DNA of 64,000 bases. Source: a virus (taxonomy: Duplodnaviria; Caudoviricetes). The notes under the pieces were generated by a model that was not told where the DNA came from, did not search any database, and saw only the letters and a program-made list of their open reading frames with translations. Where the stretch lies: the IMG/VR virus record IMGVR_UViG_3300037247_001786, positions 64,001-128,000 of that record. One strand, given 5' to 3'. The position numbers were made by a program, and so were the translations under genes. Of the stretch, positions 44,529 through 53,559 are shown one piece after another. How positions within the stretch are numbered: position 1 is the stretch's first letter; each line of letters opens with the position of its first letter.

Positions 44529-45137
44529 TTATTCTCCTTTATTTCCTATACTAATATTGCCTGATCCAGTATTAGTTATATTTATTGTAGGAGGAGTAAG
44601 TTCGTGTCCCTGTTGATGAGGCATACGATTTCCATAGATTGAACTTCTCCAATCGGTTACGCCATCTAAATATTTAGCAGCTTCTAATGAACGACTTGGG
44701 GTAACATTTTTTCTATCAATGTCAAGATATCTCATTGCTTCCCTTGCCATTCCTTGTAGTGTTGGTCCTGGCATATCGTCATCTTCATATTCTGCTTTAA
44801 GGTCTTCTACAACGTTAACGCATCTATTAAATGTTTTAATTGCCCTTTTTGATTCTTGTTTCGGATATTTCCAAGCTTCTGAAAAGAGGGGGAATGCGTG
44901 AACATCGCTCATAAAGACAGCGGTCAATACAATCCTGCTTTTTGATTCGGTCAGTTTTACTTTACAAGTGTAGCCATCGCTATCCATTGTATCATTATAG
45001 TCTGTTTCGTGACCTTTTGACATGTAGGCAAGTTTTACCATCTTCTCTTTGCGAAAAAAGTGTTTTTCAAATGAATGAATAACTTTAGGGTCTTGACATT
45101 TTCTTTGATACCAGTTCATACTCTCATTCTTCCGCAT
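44529..45137 (-). CDS. Hypothetical protein (MNWYQ near N-terminus)
   Basis: 202 aa; contains MNWYQRK and KLAY. Confidence 0.6.
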   Translation of the reverse strand: MRKNESMNWYQRKCQDPKVIHSFEKHFFRKEKMVKLAYMSKGHETDYNDTMDSDGYTCKVKLTESKSRIVLTAVFMSDVHAFPLFSEAWKYPKQESKRAIKTFNRCVNVVEDLKAEYEDDDMPGPTLQGMAREAMRYLDIDRKNVTPSRSLEAAKYLDGVTDWRSSIYGNRMPHQQGHELTPPTINITNTGSGNISIGNKGE

Positions 45138-45168
45138 TTAGGGCAAAAACCCTTTTTTTACTTTTTCC

Positions 45169-45197
45169 TTTGAAAGTGATTCTATAAGTGGTATAAT
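45169..45197 (+). promoter_or_regulatory. AGTGATT-type promoter with extended -10
   Basis: TTTGAA-AGTGATT-CTATAAGTGG-TATAAT. Confidence 0.7.
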
Positions 45198-45358
45198 GTC
45201 TTTTGATCCCACTTATCTCACTTTGGTTTGGTTTGTTTGGGTTAATATTATTATATTAAAAACATTAATTAAATAATATATCACATAATATAAAAGAAAT
45301 ATAATAGAAATATTATAATATATAACATAACACATTAAAACAATATATAGGAGTAATT

Positions 45359-46222
45359 ATGAAGTTTCCTTGGAATAAATATATAGAGCTTCCTTTAGAA
45401 AGTAGAAATACACTTCAAGTATTTATCACTAATAAATGCAATATGAGATGTACTGGTTGTTTTGCTAGAAAGGTAATGGGAGATAATAATCAAAATATCA
45501 GTTTAGATGAGTATGAGAGGGTTATTGTTGACTTTATTAAAAAAGAGGGTAGGCAGATTAATTTATTGGGTGGAGAGCCTCTTTTACATCCTGAATTAAG
45601 AGGTATTCTTAGTATAAATAAACATTATGGGTTAAAAACGACGATTTATACGAATGGAACTGCTTTTAAAGGATATATTCCATCTGATTTTAAAGATGCA
45701 AAATTAAGAGTTTCTATATATTCTCATAGAGGAGACGATAAGTCATGTTTATCTATTCCTCATGATTCTCCTCATTTTGATGGTAATTTCATGGTTTCCC
45801 GCACAACAACAGTTAAGGAACTTATTTCTTCTGCTAATAGGTGTGAAGAGATATATGGCTGTAAAGTATTTTTCATCTCCTCTCTCAGGGAGCTTGACAA
45901 TGAGCGTAGAGAGTTCTTTGACGACACTGACCTAACTATGCCTCTCTTCGAGTATAAAGAGCTTGTGCATAGGTTCTTGGACTTATATGAGGGAGATATG
46001 GATATTCATGTATCCAAACGGGGAGTATTTGAGAGTACAACTAGTTTATGTAATAATTCTTGCCGGTTCGCGAACTATTTTATTGGGGGTAAAATTATTC
46101 AATGCCCTTATGATGTAGTTAATGAAGTGTATCAAGATGGGTATAGTTTTAATAAAAGATATTGTAGACAAAGTAATAGCTGCTTGATGAGTAAAGTGAT
46201 TTACAGGAAGAAAGATGAGTGA
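45359..46222 (+). CDS. Radical SAM protein
   Basis: CNMRCTGC (CxxxCxxC), LLGGEPLLHP and TTIYTNG. Confidence 0.9.
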   Translation: MKFPWNKYIELPLESRNTLQVFITNKCNMRCTGCFARKVMGDNNQNISLDEYERVIVDFIKKEGRQINLLGGEPLLHPELRGILSINKHYGLKTTIYTNGTAFKGYIPSDFKDAKLRVSIYSHRGDDKSCLSIPHDSPHFDGNFMVSRTTTVKELISSANRCEEIYGCKVFFISSLRELDNERREFFDDTDLTMPLFEYKELVHRFLDLYEGDMDIHVSKRGVFESTTSLCNNSCRFANYFIGGKIIQCPYDVVNEVYQDGYSFNKRYCRQSNSCLMSKVIYRKKDE

Positions 46223-46379
46223 ATCTAAGGGAAAAGTTAATAAAGAGAAGCTTGAGGCATATCAAGCTAAAAAGCAAGGATTTACCGAAGATACGAGGAC
46301 ATACGCCTCTATGCTTAAAAGAGCTTTTTTGAGAAATAAAGCGGCATCAAAAATTAAACACGTCAGATATATTGGATAA
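46215..46379 (+). CDS. Small basic hypothetical protein (not in ORF track)
   Basis: 54-aa ORF, MSESKGKVNKEKL..., overlapping the radical SAM stop. Confidence 0.4.
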   Translation: MSESKGKVNKEKLEAYQAKKQGFTEDTRTYASMLKRAFLRNKAASKIKHVRYIG

Positions 46380-46388
46380 AATAGAGTA

Positions 46389-46652
46389 TTAGTATCCTCT
46401 TCTTTTCCTGTCTTCTTTTTCCATTCTTAAGGCTGCTTCTACGACATTTAATATCGCACTGTCAAATTCTTGGTCTCCCTTTCTTTTGCAATCATAGTTA
46501 TGATCCCAATTTTTTACGATCCACTCTAGAGACCTTACATTGTTTTCGTGATCTGATATCACTGTTTCGTATGACCCTCTAATAAAACATACTACATCTA
46601 GGGATATTCCTAATATATCTTCTTTTGGGAACCATTCTGGTCTATAAGTCAT
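46389..46652 (-). CDS. Hypothetical protein
   Basis: AGGAG SD on the minus strand. Confidence 0.55.
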   Translation of the reverse strand: MTYRPEWFPKEDILGISLDVVCFIRGSYETVISDHENNVRSLEWIVKNWDHNYDCKRKGDQEFDSAILNVVEAALRMEKEDRKRRGY

Positions 46653-46726
46653 ATTTTTCTCCTTTTCTAATTTCTATATTATATCTAAATTTATAGCACT
46701 TTTCTAATTTATTCCGATAAATATAT

Positions 46727-47215
46727 ATGAAGACTATAGAGATGTATGTAAATGGAGAGAAATGGAAAAATACTACTATTTCAGATATAGAATTAGGTAG
46801 AGGTCATTTTCCTATAGATAGCTCTGTTTATAGTCATTATGAAGATAGAGGGCGTTATGATTTTGGCGGGCTTATTGTTACGCCGGAAGAAGTTCATAGA
46901 GTTGAATTCGAAATAGAATCATATTCTTATATGTATGCCAATCAATCTGTCTCTCCTATTATTTATGATGACCTTCTAAAACGTTCTATGGATAAAAGAT
47001 TAGATTTTATTTTTATGGGCAGAAGGATACACGATATAAGTTTTGATAGAAATAGTTTTATTACAACATGGTATAGAGCTGAATGCAACGATCCTAATTT
47101 TTATATTTCAGAAGAGGGAAATATAGAATATAAAAAAATTGAAAAAAAGAAGGTCATAGTTAAGATTACTATTAAAAAAAGACGAAATTATTTCGAATGG
47201 ATAGATTTGGATTAA
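46727..47215 (+). CDS. Hypothetical protein
   Basis: 162 aa; ends FEWIDLD. Confidence 0.55.
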   Translation: MKTIEMYVNGEKWKNTTISDIELGRGHFPIDSSVYSHYEDRGRYDFGGLIVTPEEVHRVEFEIESYSYMYANQSVSPIIYDDLLKRSMDKRLDFIFMGRRIHDISFDRNSFITTWYRAECNDPNFYISEEGNIEYKKIEKKKVIVKITIKKRRNYFEWIDLD

Positions 47216-47266
47216 AAAAGGTATTTTTGTTTGGTTGGGGAACTGTAATGTAAGTGAATTTAGTTA

Positions 47267-47295
47267 TTTAAAAGTGATTCATAATAGAGTATACT
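47267..47295 (+). promoter_or_regulatory. AGTGATT-type promoter
   Basis: TTTAAA-AGTGATT-N10-TATACT. Confidence 0.65.
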
Positions 47296-47327
47296 AAATA
47301 ATGACATCCTGAGGAGGTATATTTATT

Positions 47328-47615
47328 ATGGGAAATAGAAACATTGAGAGATTGAAAGAAAAAGTAGGATTTACTTCTGATTCAGAGGGCGTAGATAAGT
47401 ACTTTGAATTAATAGACAAGATATATTATGAAGAAGAGGTATACGTCGAAGACTTTAATGAAGATATAGAAGTGTCTACATGGTTTTTTGAAGATGGAAG
47501 AAGAATATCTCTAAATACAGATGAGCTAGTTAATTTAGCTTTGTTCTTATTAGATTTACATAGAGATGCAGATGAGCAATTAATGTCTTTAGAGGAATTA
47601 GAAAAAAGTTATTGA
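47328..47615 (+). CDS. Hypothetical acidic protein
   Basis: GAGGAGG SD. Confidence 0.6.
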   Translation: MGNRNIERLKEKVGFTSDSEGVDKYFELIDKIYYEEEVYVEDFNEDIEVSTWFFEDGRRISLNTDELVNLALFLLDLHRDADEQLMSLEELEKSY

Positions 47616-47624
47616 GAGGTTAAT

Positions 47625-48128
47625 ATGAAAGAATTTAAAACAAAAAATTACATTGAAAAAAAAGCTCAATTTAATACTGATTTACCAGGAGATCCAGGGT
47701 TACCTTCAGGAGTTAGTGATCAAATAATATCAGACCAATTTGACGGAGGAGATTCTACAGATTATTCAAAACAAGCTGGGGAATATGAAACGAAAGTGGA
47801 TTGGGCAGAGGAAACTCAAGAGTTAGTTAACGCTGGTTATGACGTTATGGGTCTTCCTCAGAGAGGGTTAGGAGATATAAAAGTTTATTTTGAGTACGAC
47901 GCACAGGTTTATGGAGGAGATGTTACTATCTCTAATATTCGGCTTTTAGATATCAAAGTTCTGATGGGGGGTCAATATCAAGCTTTAACAGTTAAGGAGC
48001 CAGCAACTAAAGAGGGTCTCTTTGAGGGTCTTCAGGAGGAGATAGTTGAGCAAGAGCGGATAATAATTAAAGAACAACATGAAGGAAGTATAGGTATAAG
48101 ACCTGACAGAACAGAAGAATTATATTAA
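47625..48128 (+). CDS. Hypothetical protein with N-terminal KKAQF motif
   Basis: GAGG SD; MKEFKTKNYIEKKAQF. Confidence 0.6.
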   Translation: MKEFKTKNYIEKKAQFNTDLPGDPGLPSGVSDQIISDQFDGGDSTDYSKQAGEYETKVDWAEETQELVNAGYDVMGLPQRGLGDIKVYFEYDAQVYGGDVTISNIRLLDIKVLMGGQYQALTVKEPATKEGLFEGLQEEIVEQERIIIKEQHEGSIGIRPDRTEELY

Positions 48129-48132
48129 AAGC

Positions 48133-48159
48133 AAAAGCCTCCGTTTGGGGGCTTTTTTT
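48133..48159 (+). terminator. Rho-independent terminator
   Basis: AAAAGCCTCC-GTTT-GGGGGCTTTT plus T-run. Confidence 0.85.
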
Positions 48160-48225
48160 GTGAGACTATTTTAAGTTCTCTATTTTTGTCGATTAATATT
48201 TACTTATAGATAAGGGAGAAAAAAT

Positions 48226-48522
48226 ATGTCTTTTACTCAAGAAGAAGCAGAGAAAGCTATTACTTATGCAAAAAATGGGGCTATGTTTATGTTTAGAGCT
48301 AATTCAGAGTTGTCTGGTGAGATATTAAAGGGAGGGGATTCTATAAAAGGAATGCCGATATTTATTCAAGACATGATGATGACTAGAGAGTGGATAAATA
48401 TTGACGATATTATGGTAGTAAAGTATTTTTCAAAAACTTTAGATAAAAAAAATACTTATCTATTTGATAGAGGTGATATAAAAGTGATACCAGAGCCTTG
48501 GAATCCAATTAAAATTAGTTAG
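48226..48522 (+). CDS. Hypothetical protein
   Basis: GGGAG SD. Confidence 0.55.
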   Translation: MSFTQEEAEKAITYAKNGAMFMFRANSELSGEILKGGDSIKGMPIFIQDMMMTREWINIDDIMVVKYFSKTLDKKNTYLFDRGDIKVIPEPWNPIKIS

Positions 48523-48535
48523 AGGAGAATCAAAA

Positions 48536-48823
48536 ATGGAAACAGAAAATAAAAATATAAAGAATGATACTAAAAAGAAAGTTTCTAAGAAAAAAAAGGT
48601 AGAAGAGGTTAACGAAATAATTAGTAGTGTATCTTGTATTGATCTTGAAAATAAGTTTTTATTAGTTCGAGTAGGCACAATTGATAATCCTGCATCAACT
48701 GACCAGATTAATGAAGTTCAGGAGAAATTAGAAGATATGCTTAATAAACATAATATAAAATGTTTAGCTTTTGTAACTCATCATGCGGTAGATATGACAT
48801 TGATAGAGAAGCGTGTAATTTAA
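48536..48823 (+). CDS. Hypothetical protein
   Basis: GAGGAG SD; LLVRVGT...PAS resembles the portal segment VRVVKVGD..PAT. Confidence 0.55.
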   Translation: METENKNIKNDTKKKVSKKKKVEEVNEIISSVSCIDLENKFLLVRVGTIDNPASTDQINEVQEKLEDMLNKHNIKCLAFVTHHAVDMTLIEKRVI

Positions 48824-48836
48824 ATAAGGACTTTAC

Positions 48837-49262
48837 ATGAAGAATAAAAACGATAAAACTATTTTTAATAATTTTTTAGAATATTGGTATTTTGCTAGAT
48901 TCTTTTCAGATCATCAGAAAGAGATCATATTTAATAGTTTATCATTCAAAGAGCAAGACGCTTTAATAAAATCTTGCAATAAAGGGGGATGGGATGATGT
49001 TCTAAATAGAAATATTTTAGACGAGATACTCGATGATATAAAAAAAGAAACTGGGTATAATTTAATAGATATTCGCTATAAAGTGTTGCACAATAAGAGC
49101 GTCTATATTCCTACTGAATTTTGGTTACATGTACTATCTCAATTTAAAGATTATGACAAAAAACAAATAAATTATATTTTAGGGGGCATCAAGGCTGTAA
49201 AGTGTGATCAAAATTCAGATATTACATTACTTACACCATTTTATTCTAAACTTAAGGAGTAG
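48837..49262 (+). CDS. Hypothetical protein
   Basis: AGGA SD; 141 aa. Confidence 0.55.
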   Translation: MKNKNDKTIFNNFLEYWYFARFFSDHQKEIIFNSLSFKEQDALIKSCNKGGWDDVLNRNILDEILDDIKKETGYNLIDIRYKVLHNKSVYIPTEFWLHVLSQFKDYDKKQINYILGGIKAVKCDQNSDITLLTPFYSKLKE

Positions 49263-49263
49263 T

Positions 49264-49971
49264 ATGTCAAAAAAGAAATCTCGGGCAAACGGAACTGTTA
49301 CAGAATTAAAAAGAACAAAAGATCTTGGTTTTAGCACAAAAAAGAAAGTTACCCTTTCTGCGAAAACTGAAAATCAAAAACAACTATTTAAATCAATTAA
49401 GCATAATGTAATAACTATAGCTACGGGACCACCAGGAACTGGGAAAACTCTTATATCTGTCGTGAGTGCTTTAAAATCTCTTATAGACTGCAAGTACGGT
49501 AAAATAATTTTCACTCGTCCTTGTATAGAGGCAGATGGCGAGAATTTAGGCTTTTTACCAGGCGATTTAAATGAGAAAATATCTCCATACATGATGCCAA
49601 TTTTTGATTTCTTATCAGGGTATTTAGATAAAGTTCAAATAGAAAAAATGATATTAAATGGAAATATTATGACAATCCCTCTTGCTTTTATGAGGGGTAT
49701 AACATTTGAGAACTCTTTTGTCCTATTAGATGAATGTCAAAATACCACTCCCAAACAGATGAAAATGGTTTTAACTAGAATAGGGGAAAACTCTCAAGTA
49801 GTAATGACTGGAGACCCTAATCAATCAGATATAAAAGGAACAAACGGTTTAGTAGATATTGTAACTAGACTGGATAATGTTCCTGATATAGGTATCGTTC
49901 GCTTTACAGAAGAGGATATCGTGAGACATGGAATTGTTAAAATTATAGAGAAACGTTACGAAGGAGTTTAA
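49264..49971 (+). CDS. phoH: PhoH family ATPase (start moved to 49264)
   Basis: TGPPGTGKT, GFLPGDLNEK, AFMRG.TF, LDECQN and GDP.QSD; AGGAG SD before 49264. Confidence 0.9.
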   Translation: MSKKKSRANGTVTELKRTKDLGFSTKKKVTLSAKTENQKQLFKSIKHNVITIATGPPGTGKTLISVVSALKSLIDCKYGKIIFTRPCIEADGENLGFLPGDLNEKISPYMMPIFDFLSGYLDKVQIEKMILNGNIMTIPLAFMRGITFENSFVLLDECQNTTPKQMKMVLTRIGENSQVVMTGDPNQSDIKGTNGLVDIVTRLDNVPDIGIVRFTEEDIVRHGIVKIIEKRYEGV

Positions 49972-50051
49972 CTCAATAAAATAAAGGTTTTTGCGGAAAA
50001 TATAACAATGTATAAAAATATATTTTAATATGCAATAACTGGAGTGTAGAT

Positions 50052-52793
50052 ATGTCATTTTTAAAGAAAATATTAGGAAGAGTTTATAAAAATAGTGGTC
50101 AAGGGTTCAATTTAAAGAATCAAATGATGAAAAAAGCGGTTGTGGCTGAAGAAACTGGATACCTTCCAGACACCCTTACTCCTTTAGAAGATTTTGACGA
50201 AACAGGACAGATGCAACCGAAACAAGTAGACCCTTCATATAGTGTTGCTATGGAGAGATACATAGATCAAAATGTGAATGAATCTCAACTCCCCCCAATA
50301 CCTTCAGAGTGGGTAGACGATATAAATTTAAGAATGCATTTTCAAAATATAGCTCAACAAAGAATAGGAAATATGTCTGAGTCATTTGTATCTAGAGCAT
50401 TTCAAGCTACTATGATGGCGAAAGAAGCCCCTGTTTCACCTCAACAACAAGCTCCTCAACAACAATCTCCTCAACAGCAGGGAGATGACTATGTTGACAT
50501 TGACACTGACCTGGTAACTAAATTTTTAGATACTCCTCATGCTCTTTCTGTTTTAGATTCCATATCTACATCAATACTTCAGTCTGGATACAGCCAGGTT
50601 AACAATAAAGATACGGCTGATGCTAGGGCTTGGCAATCGGTCGCCTTTGCGTTAGGTCCTCCTATCGCTAAAAAAAGAGGAGAAGGTATTAGAAGGGACC
50701 AAAGATTTAATTATTTTCTTTTTAACCCTGACAAGATGCCAGTGGATATTTCTCGCGATTATCAACAGTTTTTAGTAGCCAATCCTGAAATAAAAACAGA
50801 TCAAGCTATAGAATATTTAAAAAGTAACTTCGGCGATAAATTAATAACTGCTTTAAATGAGGATATTAATAATAATGATCCAAGTATTAAACAGTGGATA
50901 TTAAAGCAGGAAGGACATGTCGCTAAAGACGAAACGGACGAACAGATAGGAGTATCATTGACGGGAGGAGGAGATGATGCTGATGCCTATAATTTACAAG
51001 AAGAAGACATAGGCTCTATGAATTTAAACAGAGTGGAACAAAGAGAGAAAGACGTAAGAGAAATATCGGATGAAAAAAATTCTTTAACTAGATCCGTAAA
51101 GGCTTTTGCTAAATTATACATACAAGATGTGGTTAGAGATATGAAAGAAGTTTTATCAAAAGCTGTAGAAAGTAGCTATAATAAATATCCAGGTAAAGAG
51201 TCTTACAATATAGAAAGAATGAATTTATTTAACAAGAAACTATTAGATCAATATTTAGAAATATTTAATTCTGACCCTGTGATTGACCCTAAAACGGGTG
51301 CCGTCTCTTTTAGAAAATACCAACAAGACCCTAAAAATCCCAATAAACAGATATATACTGCAAGAATAGATATTCCTCAAGAAGATATAATTAGTATTTT
51401 TAAAGGAAATATAGAAAAAGACGTTACTGATCTTTATAGAGATATTAAAGATCAAAGAAAAGAAGGGAAAGCTGATTTTGATATTTTAAATTGGTTTAAA
51501 AAGTCTCAAGATAAGGGAATTCTTCCTCATACTGCGTTGCAGGATAGTTATAAAAAAGCTTATATTATTAAATCTATTATCAGAAATGCTCTCAAGAAAA
51601 ATACGATAGATGGAATTGCTTCTAACCCTGAACATATTTTTACTGGATCAAAAGAGATGGGAAGTGAGGAGATGTTAAAAATGTTATACCAGCTTTCTAA
51701 TTCAGATGAACAGGGAATATCTAAAGAAGAGAGAAAGAGAAGAGTTGCAAGATATATTGATATGACAGAAAAGGATGCACAGAACCCCAAGGGGGGTAAT
51801 TATGAGATGTATAAAACATTTGCTGATATGAAGAGGCAAAATTTAGAGCCAGGTAGTGAAGAGTCTAAAGAGATGGCAAATTCAATGAAGCCTTATGCTC
51901 AATATGACTCAATGTATCTTATGGAAGGTCTAAATGATGCGAAACAAAATCAATCAGATCCATATCATAGCGATGTTTTTAAAGCATTTTTAGGGGCATT
52001 GAATCCACACAAGAGGGTAAGAACAGGTAAGTTATCAAATATATATAATAGTTTGATGGGGAAGGGAGAAGAATATAAAGAAGATGTATCAATGCTCTCT
52101 AAAAAAGAAGCGATACAATATCGAAATTTAAAACTAAGCAAGATGCGTTACGAAAGCACGCTACAAGATAAAGAAAAAGCTATTGAAACGCAGCATGTAA
52201 AAATAAAAAAAGTAACAGACAAATATCATGCTCGCATATCTAAAGCTCTTATTTCAGCTAATAAGAAAAGAAAAATACAAGGATTAAGAGATATGAGTAT
52301 GGGAGAGTATGTAGGTAAACCAGAGTGGGACGGAAAGTCGCCTCTTCATTATGAAGATTATATCAGAGCTGGCATAAACAAAGCTAAAGATTCCCTATGG
52401 GGGAAAGACGAAGCTACTCATTGGAGAGATTTTGGACCAATGAGGCAGATAGAGACTATTAAGAATAGAGAGCCTCAACCTACATACAATGAAGCTGGAG
52501 ATAGAATAGAGCCTCCTATCAGGTCTCAAAATGTTCAATTTATTAAAAATAAAATACAAGAAGCAAATTTAGCGTTAGACGAGTTTAGAAAAACTCATAA
52601 AATTACCGATATTCAAGACAGAATGGCAGAAGCATTATGTAAGACGTATCTTGTAAAAATAGCCTCTATAAAAGAGACTGTAAGTAGATACAGTAATATG
52701 AAAATAGCTTTTAACGTATCTATATTTAATAATATGGTGCAAGATATACATAATAATTTTGAATTAGAGTTTAATAAAATATTTGGAATATAA
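50052..52793 (+). CDS. 913-aa hypothetical protein, possibly an internal head protein
   Basis: Late-type upstream motif; GFNLK near the N-terminus; KIAS and KIAF near the C-terminus. Confidence 0.55.
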   Translation: MSFLKKILGRVYKNSGQGFNLKNQMMKKAVVAEETGYLPDTLTPLEDFDETGQMQPKQVDPSYSVAMERYIDQNVNESQLPPIPSEWVDDINLRMHFQNIAQQRIGNMSESFVSRAFQATMMAKEAPVSPQQQAPQQQSPQQQGDDYVDIDTDLVTKFLDTPHALSVLDSISTSILQSGYSQVNNKDTADARAWQSVAFALGPPIAKKRGEGIRRDQRFNYFLFNPDKMPVDISRDYQQFLVANPEIKTDQAIEYLKSNFGDKLITALNEDINNNDPSIKQWILKQEGHVAKDETDEQIGVSLTGGGDDADAYNLQEEDIGSMNLNRVEQREKDVREISDEKNSLTRSVKAFAKLYIQDVVRDMKEVLSKAVESSYNKYPGKESYNIERMNLFNKKLLDQYLEIFNSDPVIDPKTGAVSFRKYQQDPKNPNKQIYTARIDIPQEDIISIFKGNIEKDVTDLYRDIKDQRKEGKADFDILNWFKKSQDKGILPHTALQDSYKKAYIIKSIIRNALKKNTIDGIASNPEHIFTGSKEMGSEEMLKMLYQLSNSDEQGISKEERKRRVARYIDMTEKDAQNPKGGNYEMYKTFADMKRQNLEPGSEESKEMANSMKPYAQYDSMYLMEGLNDAKQNQSDPYHSDVFKAFLGALNPHKRVRTGKLSNIYNSLMGKGEEYKEDVSMLSKKEAIQYRNLKLSKMRYESTLQDKEKAIETQHVKIKKVTDKYHARISKALISANKKRKIQGLRDMSMGEYVGKPEWDGKSPLHYEDYIRAGINKAKDSLWGKDEATHWRDFGPMRQIETIKNREPQPTYNEAGDRIEPPIRSQNVQFIKNKIQEANLALDEFRKTHKITDIQDRMAEALCKTYLVKIASIKETVSRYSNMKIAFNVSIFNNMVQDIHNNFELEFNKIFGI

Positions 52794-52796
52794 AAT

Positions 52797-52967
52797 ATGA
52801 ATATTACGACGGTATGCTCTCATTGTAGAAATCACGATAAAGAGCCGAATATAGAGATTAATTTCAAAGATGGAGCTGTTTATTATATTTGCCCAGAATG
52901 TAAAAAAGAGAGTAAAATACTTTTAAAAGCAGAAGGTAAACCTTTTCCTAAATTAAGAAGAGTATAA
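52797..52967 (+). CDS. 56-aa zinc-finger protein (not in ORF track)
   Basis: CSHC...YICPEC. Confidence 0.55.
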   Translation: MNITTVCSHCRNHDKEPNIEINFKDGAVYYICPECKKESKILLKAEGKPFPKLRRV

Positions 52968-52974
52968 TATTTTT

Positions 52975-53547
52975 ATGTTTTTTATTGTAAATACTACAAA
53001 GAACTCTTTATGTATCGCTGATCTAAAATTAACATTAGGACCTCGACAGGGAATAGATCTAGACAAGAGAAATAAAAGAGAAGAGGCTGAAAAATCTCAA
53101 GGATTAAAGTCTTTAGTATCTAAAGGTCTTATTTCTATTAAAAATAAAACTAAACCAGAAGTCCAGTCTAATTTTATACAAGAAATTCATAACCATAGCG
53201 AGATAGATACTGATCAGATGAAGAAAGAGATTATGGAGGGGGTTAAAGAAGCGATAGCTGAAAATATGCCTCCTCAACCAACTCCTCAACAGCCAAATAT
53301 TAATATGGAGGAATTGGCTAAGATGATAGCATCTATTATCCCTCAGTTGAACAATAATGCCAATTTAAATTCTACTCCAAAAGATGAAGAAGTTAAAGTA
53401 GATGAGGGTATTTTAGCCGATATACATAGTAGAGTTGTTAATAAAATAGTTAAAAACGTTGAAAGTGGCGATATTAATTATCAGAAAGAGAAAACAAGTA
53501 ATACTATAGATGATAATATTGATGAATTAGAAGGTTTATTAGAATAA
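52975..53547 (+). CDS. Hypothetical protein with the shared N-terminal domain
   Basis: FFIVNTTKNSLCIADL...S.GLKSLVSKGLI. Confidence 0.6.
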   Translation: MFFIVNTTKNSLCIADLKLTLGPRQGIDLDKRNKREEAEKSQGLKSLVSKGLISIKNKTKPEVQSNFIQEIHNHSEIDTDQMKKEIMEGVKEAIAENMPPQPTPQQPNINMEELAKMIASIIPQLNNNANLNSTPKDEEVKVDEGILADIHSRVVNKIVKNVESGDINYQKEKTSNTIDDNIDELEGLLE

Positions 53548-53559
53548 TAGGAGATAAAG

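Noticed and set aside
49204-49263. Upstream start for PhoH
   Set aside because: Overlaps the previous gene; the AGGAG SD supports 49264.
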